NCBI GenBank assembly: GCA_963809485.1
Contig: CAWEJX010000021.1
Span: 1-64,000, forward strand
Length of the DNA stretch: 64,000 nucleotides
From: an uncultured Acidobacteriota bacterium
GTDB taxonomy: Bacteria; Acidobacteriota; UBA6911
Direction of reading: 5' to 3'
Below the pieces are notes generated by a model. The model did not search any database and was not told the origin of the DNA. It worked only from the letters and a program-made list of their open reading frames with translations. Both the position numbers and the translations under genes were made by a program. Within the stretch, counting starts at the first letter, position 1. The number at the start of each line of letters is the position of its first letter. This document shows, piece after piece, positions 53,415-63,838 of the stretch.

Positions 53415-53945
53415 TCAGGATTGAGCGCCTTTCAGATATTGCCTCTGAATAATGCCAAGGTGATACCGTTCGTGGCCCAGCATCATGTATCCCAGAGCAC
53501 GGACTGAAAATAAGAAATCGGAGACTTTCCCTGCCCTGTCCCACGCCTCTGGAGGGAGATGCCGGAGCATTGATACATGAGATCGGCGGATCAGCGAGAA
53601 CTCGTCCAATAGCTCTCCAATGCTATATCGGCCAAAACCACCGTTTCTGACGTACAGCTCTTGATCTGCGAGCTGCAATATTGCTTCATCGCCCCGGGCA
53701 AAACAGAGCAGCCGGTAGCCCAAAATGCGTTCCGTATCCACAATGTGGCCCACGACTTGCCGGATTGTCCACTTTCCGGGCGCATAGCGGGTGTCCGCCG
53801 TAGCCTCACTGATTGCGCCGAAGAGGGCCCCTGTCTCTTCAATCTGCTTAGCCAAAGCCTTTGGCAGGTCAGCTTCAGGCACAAGGTCGATGTATCTGCT
53901 GTAGCGGGGGTTGTACTCTGAAGCAGCTGGACGCCGTTTATTCAT
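53415..53945 (-). CDS. DinB/YfiT family protein
   Basis: RYAPGKWTIRQVVGHIVDTER, GHERYH. Confidence 0.88.
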   Translation of the reverse strand: MNKRRPAASEYNPRYSRYIDLVPEADLPKALAKQIEETGALFGAISEATADTRYAPGKWTIRQVVGHIVDTERILGYRLLCFARGDEAILQLADQELYVRNGGFGRYSIGELLDEFSLIRRSHVSMLRHLPPEAWDRAGKVSDFLFSVRALGYMMLGHERYHLGIIQRQYLKGAQS

Positions 53946-54123
53946 AGTATTCCTTTCAAAAATCCACAAAGCGGGCAGGCAGCAATACGGTCTTGATTAT
54001 TGCAGGATGGCGAAACAAACAGGAGTTGCTGATGAAATCCCCCAATGCAACCGATCTTCGCGGCTTCTTGCAGGGAGGGCCCGGAATCAATTAGGCAGCT
54101 TATTCCGGCTATCCTTTGCCTAG

Positions 54124-56199
54124 CCCGAGTTTACCACCCGTAGGCGGCAAAATTCCATTTTGATCAGCATTGAAGCCCCTGCAAGCAACATATTATGTAT
54201 GACCTAACTATAATCCATTTATACCTCCACGACGACCGCCTGGCATTGCCGCCAGCCACGCAGTAATATTGTCGCAAAGCACTGAACTATTTCCTAAGAA
54301 TATCTTTCTGTAATGCCTAATTTATCAAGACATCCGCATTTCTTTGATACTATATATTGGGCCTTCAGGCAATCTGCACAACAATATCTTGACATCACGA
54401 GTAAAATATTGTATGACCTAACCATGGCAAGCTTGACCAAGAAGTTCATCAAGGGAAGGCCCTACTACTACCTGCGGGAGTGCCGCCGTGTGGGCGGCAA
54501 GCCCAAAATCGTCTGGCAGGAATATATCGGCACGCCCCAACAGCTGACCCTGAGGCTCACCAACCCCAGACCCCAGGAAATCATCGTCCGGGAATTTGGC
54601 GCTTCCGCCGCAACCTTCGATATGGCCCAAAAACTGGAGGTCGTTTCCATTATTGACCGTCACGTCCCCAAGGAGGGGAACCAGGGGCCTTCGGTCGGCG
54701 AGTATCTGCTGGTTGCTTGCCTCAACCGTTGCATGGCGCCCTGCAGCAAGGCGAAAACCGGCGAATGGTATGACAAAACCGTACTTCCCCGCCTGCTTGG
54801 CATCAAGAGTTCCCAGCTTTCCAGCCAGCGCTTCTGGGACAATATGAATCGGGTCAATCAACCGGAAATCGGCAAGATCGAGGCGGATATCTCCGCAGTC
54901 GCGGTATCCCGATTCGGCCTGGACCTGAAATGCCTGCTTTTTGATGCCACCAACTTTTTCACCTTTATCGACAGCTTCAACGATCGGGCGAAACTGCCGC
55001 AGCGCGGCCATGGTAAAGAAGGGCGGGACAATTTGCGCATTATCGGCTTGGCCCTTTTGGTCACCTCCGACGGCGACGTCCCTCTGTTTCATTGCACTTA
55101 CGCGGGCAACCAGCACGACTCGGTGACATTCTCCAGCGTAGCCGAGGATTTGGCTGACCGCTGCCGGAAGCTGTCCGAGGGTGTCTGTGACATTACGCTC
55201 GTCTTCGACAAGGGGAATAACTCCAAGGAGAACCTGGATGCCGTCAACGCCGGGCCCTACCACTTCGTCGGATCTCTGGTTCCCAGCCAGCATCCGCAAC
55301 TCCTGCGCATCTCTCGAGACGAGATGCATCGATTGGACAAAAGCCTGCTGCCTTCCGTCTGGAGCTACCGAACGCAAAAAGAGGTCTTTGGGATCCGGCG
55401 TACCGTCTTGGTCACATACAACCGCGAGCTTTACCGGGCACAGGTCAAGACTCTGAGGCGCGAAATCGCAAAACGCCGGCGCAAACTGCAGCAACTGCAG
55501 CTGTCTCTCCAACGCCATAGCGGTCCGAACTCCCGAGGGAAGAAACCCACGCTGCAGGGAAGCCGCAACCGCGTTCAAAGTATTCTTGCAGGCCGCCACA
55601 TGACCCAACTCTTTTCTGCCAAAGTGATCCTGGGCAAGGATCAGATCCCTCGGCTCCGATGGGCTTTCAGAGATCGAGAATGGGATCGATTGGATCGAAC
55701 CCTTCTGGGCAAAACAATCCTGTTCACGGATCGGGAAGAATGGACCGACGAACAGATCGTGTTGGCCTATCGGAGCCAATCTCACGTGGAAGCAGCATTC
55801 CGCCGCATGAAAGATCCCCGGTTCCTTGCCTTCCGTCCCACGCATCATTGGACCGATCAAAAGCTCCGAGTCCATGCTTTTTATTGCGTGCTGGCTTTAA
55901 TGATAACGAGCCTGCTATGCCGCAAGCTCGCACAAGCTGGGATCCGCATGAGCATTGCGCGCATGATGGAACGGCTGAAAGACATCAATGAAGTGGTGAA
56001 TCTATATCCAACCCCAAAGGGTGCGGAACCGCGCATGCAAGTCGACCTGTCACAACAGGACGCGGAACAAGCCGCCATTCTGAAAGCCCTCGATCTGGCT
56101 CGGTACGTCTCAAATTAGGTCATACGTTTCGGGATCACTCGCAGCCGCTTCAATACTGATCAAAATGGAATTTTGCCGCCTACAGGTGGTAAACTCGGG
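54124..56199 (+). mobile_element. IS1634-family insertion sequence with ~53-bp TIRs and flanking CTAG duplication
   Basis: cccgagtttaccaccYgtaggcggcaaaattccattttgatcagYattgaagc at both ends in inverted orientation; CTAG at 54120-54123 and 56200-56203. Confidence 0.9.
54424..56118 (+). CDS. IS1634-family DDE transposase
   Basis: FDATNFFTF, RGHGKEGR, VFDKGNNS, YRSQSHVEAAFRRMK, RPTHHWTDQKLRVHAFYC. Confidence 0.9.
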   Translation: MASLTKKFIKGRPYYYLRECRRVGGKPKIVWQEYIGTPQQLTLRLTNPRPQEIIVREFGASAATFDMAQKLEVVSIIDRHVPKEGNQGPSVGEYLLVACLNRCMAPCSKAKTGEWYDKTVLPRLLGIKSSQLSSQRFWDNMNRVNQPEIGKIEADISAVAVSRFGLDLKCLLFDATNFFTFIDSFNDRAKLPQRGHGKEGRDNLRIIGLALLVTSDGDVPLFHCTYAGNQHDSVTFSSVAEDLADRCRKLSEGVCDITLVFDKGNNSKENLDAVNAGPYHFVGSLVPSQHPQLLRISRDEMHRLDKSLLPSVWSYRTQKEVFGIRRTVLVTYNRELYRAQVKTLRREIAKRRRKLQQLQLSLQRHSGPNSRGKKPTLQGSRNRVQSILAGRHMTQLFSAKVILGKDQIPRLRWAFRDREWDRLDRTLLGKTILFTDREEWTDEQIVLAYRSQSHVEAAFRRMKDPRFLAFRPTHHWTDQKLRVHAFYCVLALMITSLLCRKLAQAGIRMSIARMMERLKDINEVVNLYPTPKGAEPRMQVDLSQQDAEQAAILKALDLARYVSN

Positions 56200-56286
56200 C
56201 TAGAATTAGGATTGTAATACCGAAGCCTCGTTTTAACGTGGAATTCCTTTGAATATCCCGAAGACCCAGCAGGCTAGTCCATGATT

Positions 56287-57528
56287 TTAATTTTTGCCTG
56301 TTCTGTCGAGCGTATCGTAGAGCGGCTGCGCCGGGAATGCCTGGGCGAGTTCGCCGGATACCGTAACGGCCAGCACACGGATCTTTTCGTTATTCGGCAG
56401 CCTGAGCGTCTTTACGCCTGCCATCAGGTCCAGCTCATAGGCAAACAAATACGAGTAGGCATACGCTTCGTTCGCGCCGTCCGACGTATGCCGATGGGAT
56501 GCGAACCATGCCACCGGGGTACGTTTGATATAACCCGGTGTGAGGCTTTCGTACTCCTGGACAGTCAGTTTGAATCCCGGCTGTTCGTATGGAAAAGTGT
56601 ATTTCGCCTCTTTCATAACACGCTTGTCCCACTGACCGATGTAGCCGCTCCAATCCTGTACTGTCAACTCAAATGTTTTCTCGCCTGTGTAAAAAACGCC
56701 TTTCTGATCCCCGTCGGCGGCGGCCAGCAAAAACAGGCGCGTGAATTTCCCGTCGGGCAACGCGATGATCTGCCCGCGCGCGACGACGGCATTGCGTTCC
56801 AAAGCGGGCGCAAGCCGGAAGCGGATTCCGCCGAATACCAGATCGGATGGAAGCATCTCGGCCGGAAAAGTGCGGCCAGCATCGTCAAAACCGCCATTTG
56901 ATTTTGTAGCGTCAAGGCCGGCAGTGGCCTGGTCGCAAGCCAAGACGACCGGCTGAAAGTGCGGCATCGTGAGTTTTGCATCCGTCCTCGCCAATTTGAC
57001 GGCGAATGTGCGCACCTGATAAGGCGTGAAGCTCAAAATCAGCTCGCCGCTATCCACCGATGCTGTGCCCAACGGCTGTTCCTGGCCGTTCACTTCGCGC
57101 GCAGATCCTATGGGCGCTGCAAAGGCGAGGCGCAAGTTCTGCTGATGCCTGCCATCAGGTTCGACCAAACGGACAATAATATCGTCGCTTCCTTCAGCCT
57201 TTTTGATCGCCAGAACGCGCACGCGAGGGCTGCTAAGATTCAGAAGCGAGAAGCTTTTGCCGAGCGCGCCCTCATGGCTCGCAGTAGTGAACGCAATCAG
57301 CGGCTGCTCGAGCCGCCACGCCTGCCAGTCGCTCTGCTCGCGTCGCCAATCACCGGTGTGTCCCGCCAGTCCGTATAGAATTTCATGCCGCCCCCAGTCC
57401 TGAGTGGCCATCCCGGAAGCAATGGCCCTGACAGCGCTGGTTAGAACGCCTGCGAACTGGTTCAGCGCCAGCACTTCGTCGTTCCAGGAATATTCCTAAG
57501 CTTTTGGGATGCTGGTGCCACTCAGGGT
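56287..57528 (-). pseudogene. GH38 alpha-mannosidase remnant (5'-truncated, internal stop, probable internal deletion)
   Basis: GTSIPKA*EYSWNDEVLALNQFAGVL (TAG at 57496-57498) joined directly to ATQDWGRHE; C-terminal AIKKAE...VRLVE, FTPYQVRT. The catalytic domain is absent. Confidence 0.75.
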
Positions 57529-57595
57529 GTTGCTTTAATGCTTTGGGAAATCTTGGTTGCTACGAGAACGCCACTGCGGGATCTATGACTTCCCC

Positions 57596-60277
57596 TTACT
57601 TGACCGGGACCCGTTGCTTCAGTTCTTCAAACCAGTTGAGGACGATGGTGATCCTTGGTCGTACAACTTCCTCCGCAGAGGAGGCAGCCCTAGGCTGTTT
57701 TATCATCAGGAATCGTTTGCCATCCGGATGAATGTCCCAAGGGGTTCCTGTATATAGGCCATAGCCAAGATTCTCGTTCTTAAAAAGCATTTTGGGAGTC
57801 TGGAAGCCGAGGGTAGGCTCGGTTTCCACCACCACTGCCATTATGTGATTATCTTCACTTAAATAAAATAATTGCCGCCCATCCGGCGACCATAGCGGGC
57901 TGGTCCCGCCTTGAGTGGAGGCCGACCATTTTCCGCCGGTCACATCCGGAAATGGACGCACATAGATCTCATTCCGGCCGGACTCGTTGGATGTATAGGC
58001 TATCCATCGGCTATTAGGTGAGATTTTAGGCTGAGTCTCTCCATACTCTGATTGCAGGAGCGGCTTTTTCCAGTGATCCTTTTCCATTGATAGCATACTA
58101 ATATCCAAATTCGTCCACGTGACCACTTCCTGCATCAGCAGGGTTTTTCCGTCGTTTGCCCATGAGAATGGGTGCAACTGCCCGTCGGGTGCAGAAATGA
58201 CTTTCTCGGCCTCCCCAGTGCCGTCGGCGGCTTTCAGAAACACGCCGTTGGGACTTGCTCCAGCAGTATCGGCCCAATAGGCAATCCATTTGCCGTCCGG
58301 GCTCCAAATGGGCAACATCTCCCGAGTTTTTTCAAAGGTCAGCTTTGTAAGATTCTTGCGTGCAGTGTCCCAGATCCAAATATCCTCATTAGGAGTATTC
58401 CCGACCGAGACAGCCACCCGCTTCCCATCGGGCGAAATCTTGGGATATGCATAAAAATTCGGCGGTGTTCCGAGGGATTCTTCCTTTCCTTCTTTATCAA
58501 CCCATACCAGAGTTCGCCTTCCCGCTGGCCCTGCTCCGGTTCGAGGCGGCGTCGGGATATAAACAAGCGTTCCCGATTCGGAAATGTCGGCAAAGGATAC
58601 ATCATCAAGCAGAGGAACCGGTTCGCCTGCGACCCCTAGTCTGTCAAGATTAAAGGGAATGGCATAAACAGTGGTGATATCGGGCGGCTGATAAATGAGG
58701 TATCCATTTGGAAGATATTGGACAACCTCGCCCGGCAACAGCTCTTTCTGCCCTCCTGATTTTAGCTGCCGAACCATTATTCTTGGTTTCTGAAAGCCAA
58801 CATTATATGCGGTGTACAGCAGCGATTTCCCATCCTGCAAAATTTGCGGAGACACAAGATTATCGGATCCTGTTTTGACAAGTGACTCCGGTGTCCCACC
58901 GCCGGCGGGAATTCGCATAATGCCGTTTGGAATCGCGCCAAATACAATCATGTCATCCGCACCCCAACTCGCGCCTGCCATTCCCACCCCGCCAACGTCA
59001 CACAATGAAACCGGAGCGCCCCCATTGATCGATATTTTTTTCAATTGCCGATCATCGACAGAGAAGTATCCGATCCATTTGCCGTCGGGGGAGAAGAACG
59101 GCTGCCTTGTATCTCCCTCGCTTCCGGCAATAGGCCTGGAGGTTAATTCGTTTACCGAACGTAGGAACAGTCCCTTTGATGTACTGTAAACGAATTGCAT
59201 GCCGTCCGGCGACACGGCAAGAGGCCGACCGGTGAGTTGCTGGCCATCCGGCAGTTCGTGGTCGAAACGGATAACCTGCCGTGATTCGGGTGCTCTCCTG
59301 TTCCAGATAACCAATCCCACGAGGATCGATGCAATGGCAACTGCGGCAGCAATTCCTAGCATTGAATGGGATCTTCTCCGCGTTTCTGCCATTCCTAAGG
59401 GCTGTGCGAATACGCCGCTAGGATCAGCCAAAACCTTCTGAGCGTCTATCCGAACGTCTGAGATGTCATGATATCGGTCCCTTAATTCTTTCTTTAGGCA
59501 GCGTTCCAATACTTCCCGCAAACGGCCGTGCAGATTCGCCGGAAGGCTGTTCCACTCCGGTTCTGAACGGATGACTGCTGCAAGAGTGTCGGTCACATCC
59601 TTGCCCGAGAACGCCGCACGTCCTGTCACCATCTCGAACAAAACACAGCCAAACGCCCAGATGTCCGTCCGCTTGTCCACGGACTTCCCTCTGGCCTGTT
59701 CTGGGGACATATAGGCCGCCGTGCCAAGAATTACGCCTTGCATGGTGGCCATGTCGCTCAGCGTAGGGGAATTGGATAGATTCAGCTCCACTTGTTCCCC
59801 AGTAAATGCCTTCGCCAATCCAAAGTCCAACACCTTCACTTTTCCTTCAGGCGTGACTTTGATATTGGCAGGCTTGAGGTCGCGGTGGATCACTCCCTTT
59901 TCGTGCGCAGCTTCGAGAGCCTCCGCGATCTGCAACGCGAGTTTCAGGGATTCTTCAACGGGGACCGGACCCGCTTTTATCCGATCCGCAAGCGTATCGC
60001 CTTCAACCAATTCAAGGATGAGGAAGTTGGTTCTGCCGGATTCCTCCAAGCCATAGATGGCGGCGATGTTCGGGTGATTCAGGGAGGCAAGGAGTTTCGC
60101 TTCACGCTGGAACCGAGCGACACGGTCGGCGTCCTTGGCAAACTCTTCCGGCAGCACCTTGATCGCCACGTCCCGGCCGAGCCTGCTATCTTTCGCCCGG
60201 TAAACCTCGCCCATGCCGCCTTTGCCGATTTTTTCCACAATGCTGTAGTGCGAAAGGCTTTGACCGATTTCGGGCAT
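57596..60277 (-). CDS. Ser/Thr protein kinase with TM segment and C-terminal TolB/PD40 beta-propeller
   Basis: IGKGGMGEVY, VAIK, HRDLKPAN, DFGLAK, GTAAYMSPE; repeated SPDG; LNWFEELK ending. Confidence 0.93.
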   Translation of the reverse strand: MPEIGQSLSHYSIVEKIGKGGMGEVYRAKDSRLGRDVAIKVLPEEFAKDADRVARFQREAKLLASLNHPNIAAIYGLEESGRTNFLILELVEGDTLADRIKAGPVPVEESLKLALQIAEALEAAHEKGVIHRDLKPANIKVTPEGKVKVLDFGLAKAFTGEQVELNLSNSPTLSDMATMQGVILGTAAYMSPEQARGKSVDKRTDIWAFGCVLFEMVTGRAAFSGKDVTDTLAAVIRSEPEWNSLPANLHGRLREVLERCLKKELRDRYHDISDVRIDAQKVLADPSGVFAQPLGMAETRRRSHSMLGIAAAVAIASILVGLVIWNRRAPESRQVIRFDHELPDGQQLTGRPLAVSPDGMQFVYSTSKGLFLRSVNELTSRPIAGSEGDTRQPFFSPDGKWIGYFSVDDRQLKKISINGGAPVSLCDVGGVGMAGASWGADDMIVFGAIPNGIMRIPAGGGTPESLVKTGSDNLVSPQILQDGKSLLYTAYNVGFQKPRIMVRQLKSGGQKELLPGEVVQYLPNGYLIYQPPDITTVYAIPFNLDRLGVAGEPVPLLDDVSFADISESGTLVYIPTPPRTGAGPAGRRTLVWVDKEGKEESLGTPPNFYAYPKISPDGKRVAVSVGNTPNEDIWIWDTARKNLTKLTFEKTREMLPIWSPDGKWIAYWADTAGASPNGVFLKAADGTGEAEKVISAPDGQLHPFSWANDGKTLLMQEVVTWTNLDISMLSMEKDHWKKPLLQSEYGETQPKISPNSRWIAYTSNESGRNEIYVRPFPDVTGGKWSASTQGGTSPLWSPDGRQLFYLSEDNHIMAVVVETEPTLGFQTPKMLFKNENLGYGLYTGTPWDIHPDGKRFLMIKQPRAASSAEEVVRPRITIVLNWFEELKQRVPVK

Positions 60278-60635
60278 GTGTCCCTCTGCCGAAAGAAAGA
60301 CCTACCTGCTGCCTGGCTGTGCGTTGGAAACTCTGGGGACATTATATGCGGCCAGGGCTGGTGGGAGAAAGGGAAATACTGGTGGGGTGTCTCCTCTCGC
60401 GCTAAGGATATAACGGATTGGCTGCCGCTCCAGCTTAAGGGCCGTCTATCCGAGCTCCGGTGCGCCTGGTTTCACGCATCGAACCGTTGCGGATAACATA
60501 TAATGTGCAATCTTCGATGCTTTGGGGCTATTTGCAGGTCAGTGCTGTCCAAATTGGCCCATTGGAAGCAGAGGGCTCATTGAAAGCATTCAACTTGTGG
60601 CTCATGAAGTGCCCCTGCAAGGACGAGGTTGGCAC

Positions 60636-60836
60636 CAAGCCCCGGTAGGGGCGGAAAGAAAATAGCCAGGGATGAGCGGAGCGAATCCCTGGTTCCTATG
60701 GCGAAGAAAAGAGCCCTGGGAAGGGCGAAAGACTATATGTTATCACGCCCTTCCAGGGCTCTCCTCTTGCCGATTCTCACCAGGGGTTCGCTCCGCTCAC
60801 CCCTGGCTATTTTCTGATCGCCCCTTGCGGGGCTTG
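60636..60836. repeat. ~200-bp nested palindromic REP-like element (second family)
   Basis: caagcccc..gggcg / aaaatagccaggg / gagcggagcgaa ... ttcgctccgctc / ccctggctatttt / cgcccc..ggggcttg. Confidence 0.8.
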
Positions 60837-60959
60837 CTCAAAAAACCTGTTTCGCGACAGTCCTCCATGCGCCCGGGGCGCACCCAAGTGCATGAAAATC
60901 GGCTTCGCCGACGCTCAGTTGGGTGAACGAATGGTGTAATTGATCCATCGCGGCCGCTA

Positions 60960-61275
60960 TTTTCGGAGCAGAAACGAGCCAATAGCCGTAAAACAGTGGC
61001 AGGGTGGACTTTAAACAGTCGTGCTGCATCCGCTGCCGTTTTGTTCCCTTTCAGAATCATTGGCCTAATTTCAGATTGCTGCTGATGGGTCAACTTAAAT
61101 CGTCGTCCACCTACGCGTCCTTCTCGACGCGCAGCCTCCAAACCCGCTTTCGTTCGTTCGCGTAGCATTGCCCGCTCAAATTCTGCAAATGCTCCAACCA
61201 TCTACATCATCATCCTTCCTGCCGGCGTCGTGGTATCGATCGCCTCCGTCAAACTGCGGAAACCTGCTTGCGCTG
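60960..61275 (-). pseudogene. Serine resolvase/invertase remnant
   Basis: AGFRSLTEAIDTTTPAGRMMM*MVGAFAEFERAMLRERTKAGLEAAR..GR.GGR plus HTH; in-frame TAG at 61202-61204; catalytic N-terminus missing. Confidence 0.85.
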
Positions 61276-61460
61276 GACGAGTGGGAAAAAAGCGGAAACA
61301 TATTTTCACAAAATTCCCTCCAGTTGAGGCGCGCAGGACTGAAACGGAAATATGGTGGAAATAGTTTTCCATTTATGAAGGACCTATCCTCAACAATTCT
61401 GCAATTTAGGCGGGAAATCGGTTTGACCGACATTGAAAACGAAATCAAGGCAGGCGTCGC

Positions 61461-61542
61461 TAGTAAAGAATGCTTTACTTTTATCGCTTATTAGTAAAGA
61501 ATCCTTTCCCAGTAAGTCAACCTTAGTAAAGTGACCTTTCCC
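61461..61542. promoter_or_regulatory. Three tandem operator-like sites TAGTAAAG-N4-CTTT(A/C)C upstream of the Fic gene
   Basis: Starts at 61461, 61492 and 61524; the first is the perfect inverted repeat AGTAAAG-aatg-CTTTACT. Confidence 0.7.
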
Positions 61543-61553
61543 AGGAGGCCATT

Positions 61554-62723
61554 ATGGCAAGAGTCGTCGGGACCTATGAGCAAACCAGCACTGCGGGTGA
61601 AACTGTAAATGCCTTTGTGCCGGCGCCACTTCCTCCAGGCAATCCTCCCCTCGATATGAACGCTGAACTCTCGGGATTATTGCAGTGTGCTGAAGCGGGT
61701 ATTTCCAGGTTGAAGGTTGCAGGGTCGATGGTCCCGTCTCTGGATTGGCTTCTCTATTCTTTTGTTCGCAAAGAAGCTGTGGTTTCTTCCCAGATAGAGG
61801 GTACGCAATCAACCCTGGTGGACTTGCTTATGTACGAAGCCGCCGGGAAGGAAGACGCCATCGACGATGGCGATGTCATACAAGTCCGCAACTACGTCGA
61901 CGCTCTTCATTACGCGCGCAAGCAGATGCGCAGCAAAAATGGACTGCCATTGTCCATACGACTCCTCAATGAGGCTCATCGGCGTTTACTGAAGAACGTT
62001 CCCGGTACCGATAGGGCTCCGGGAGAAATCAGGCGGAGCCAGAACTGGCTCGGCGGGACTCGTCCTGGCAATGCAGTATTCGTACCCCCGCCCCCCTATT
62101 TGTTGGGCGGTTTACTCGGCTCTCTGGGAAAATATATCCACGGTGAAGATTCCCTGCATCCATTGGTTAGAGCAGGGCTGTCGCATGTACAATTCGAAAC
62201 GATACATCCTTATCTGGATGGGAACGGCCGCATCGGCAGGCTCCTGATTACATTGCTCCTGGAGCATTGGAGGATTTTGGATTCCCCCCTGCTCTATTTG
62301 AGTCTTTATTTCAAACGCCACCGTGCCGAGTATTACCGCCGGCTGGATGCCGTTCGGACCGATGGTGATTTTGAAGGCTGGGTGAAGTATTTCCTGGAAG
62401 GAGTGGCCGTCATCGCCGACGAAACCGTACTGACAACACAGAAGCTTTTTACCCGGATCGGTGCAGACCGGACCAAAGTACTTTCGGGTGGCTCTACCTC
62501 TGTGGCCGGCATTCGTCTGTTTGAGCTATTGCCCGCTCATCCGATTATCACCGTGGCCGGAGCTGTAAAGTTGCTGGGGACGACAAAGCCAACTGCTACC
62601 AAAGCCGTAACAGGGCTCGTTGACGCTGGGGTCCTGGTTGAAACGACCGGCCGCCGTCGGGATCGCGCTTTCAGCTACGAGGATTATCTAAACCTTCTGC
62701 GCGCCGAAACGGAACCGCTTTAA
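61554..62723 (+). CDS. Fic family protein with N-terminal inhibitory motif and C-terminal wHTH
   Basis: SSQIEG, HPYLDGNGRIGR, C-terminal HTH ending TGRRRDRAFSYEDYL; AGGAGG RBS. Confidence 0.93.
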   Translation: MARVVGTYEQTSTAGETVNAFVPAPLPPGNPPLDMNAELSGLLQCAEAGISRLKVAGSMVPSLDWLLYSFVRKEAVVSSQIEGTQSTLVDLLMYEAAGKEDAIDDGDVIQVRNYVDALHYARKQMRSKNGLPLSIRLLNEAHRRLLKNVPGTDRAPGEIRRSQNWLGGTRPGNAVFVPPPPYLLGGLLGSLGKYIHGEDSLHPLVRAGLSHVQFETIHPYLDGNGRIGRLLITLLLEHWRILDSPLLYLSLYFKRHRAEYYRRLDAVRTDGDFEGWVKYFLEGVAVIADETVLTTQKLFTRIGADRTKVLSGGSTSVAGIRLFELLPAHPIITVAGAVKLLGTTKPTATKAVTGLVDAGVLVETTGRRRDRAFSYEDYLNLLRAETEPL

Positions 62724-62783
62724 AGGCGAGTTCCAATGCAGGAATAAAAGCACACATTCCTGCCGCGCTTCCCCACGGGTCCT

Positions 62784-63227
62784 TTGATCCAATTTGGAAG
62801 TACTCATTCAACTTCCGCTAATGTTACTGAAATCAGCAAACCCGATCTCATCACGATGAAAATATGCGCCTGGCGGGAAGCTGACAAAGAAGATATCGAG
62901 GCGCTCGGAATTTCCAAGGAGGATCTGACGATTATCAATGCCAACCTGGCGCATGTCGAAAAACATAGCTCCGACCGGGCGCATAAAGCGCACCTTGTTC
63001 TATCTGAACTGGGTGTCCAGGAATTGATAATTTTGAAGGCCGACGAAGTAATAAGCCTTGCCGAATTGATTCAGTACTATCGTCAGCATAAAAAGAAAGA
63101 AGCTTCCATTGAAGAAATTCGCAATTGGAAACAGGAAATCGAAAAAGGGATTAAGCCCTCTTCCTTAGCTCAATCCATTTTTGAAGGCAAACAAAAAGAG
63201 GATTCTTCAATTTATGGAGAAATTTAG
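62784..63227 (+). pseudogene. Probable 5'-truncated nucleotidyltransferase-like (AbiEii/DUF6036-like) gene fragment
   Basis: PDLITMKICAWREADKEDIEAL resembles the C-terminal K...R..D..D signature; no good start codon or RBS. Confidence 0.4.
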
Positions 63228-63228
63228 C

Positions 63229-63838
63229 ATGAACAGCGAACCCTTATTTTCAATGTGGGCAAGGCTTGGGGTGAACTTCCCTGCCTTTAAGCCGACCAAA
63301 GAGGAACCGCTTGTCGAGGACCTCATTGCTCAGACATCGCTCATCGGGAGATATGAGCCCCGCCTCATCGAAGGTATGGCCGGATGGCTGCAGAAACATG
63401 GGGATTTGGTTAACACCTCTCTTATGCGGAGGCATATTGAGATCGGCGATTCCGCCGTGATCGGTTTGGTGTTCGATGCTATAACCGGTAAAGAGACCGC
63501 CAAGCTGAAGCAGCTTACAAAATATTGCCGCCCCAAAAAGAAAGCAGAAATGCTTTTCTTTGCGACGGAATCGTCCCCGACGATGAAAGCGCAGGCTGTC
63601 GAGCACGAAACCGAAATTAACCGGAAATGGAATCTGCTTTATGTGAGTTTGCGAGTTAAGACGGATGCTGTTTTCGACCGCAAAGTGGTTCTGAAGAGAA
63701 ATCCAAACCTTGCCCGCAGATCTCTATTCGGAGTCGTAATGCGTACGGAGATCCTGAATTTTCTACTACAGAAAGGATCAAGTTTTCCGGCGGAAATATC
63801 AAAGGCACTGGGCTATCGATATCACAGGGTTATTTCCG
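63229..63838 (+). pseudogene. Hypothetical protein with C-terminal wHTH, apparently cut at ~63838
   Basis: MRTEILNFLLQKGSSFPAEISKALGYRYHRV looks like an HTH start, then runs into antisense sequence of another gene. Confidence 0.5.
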
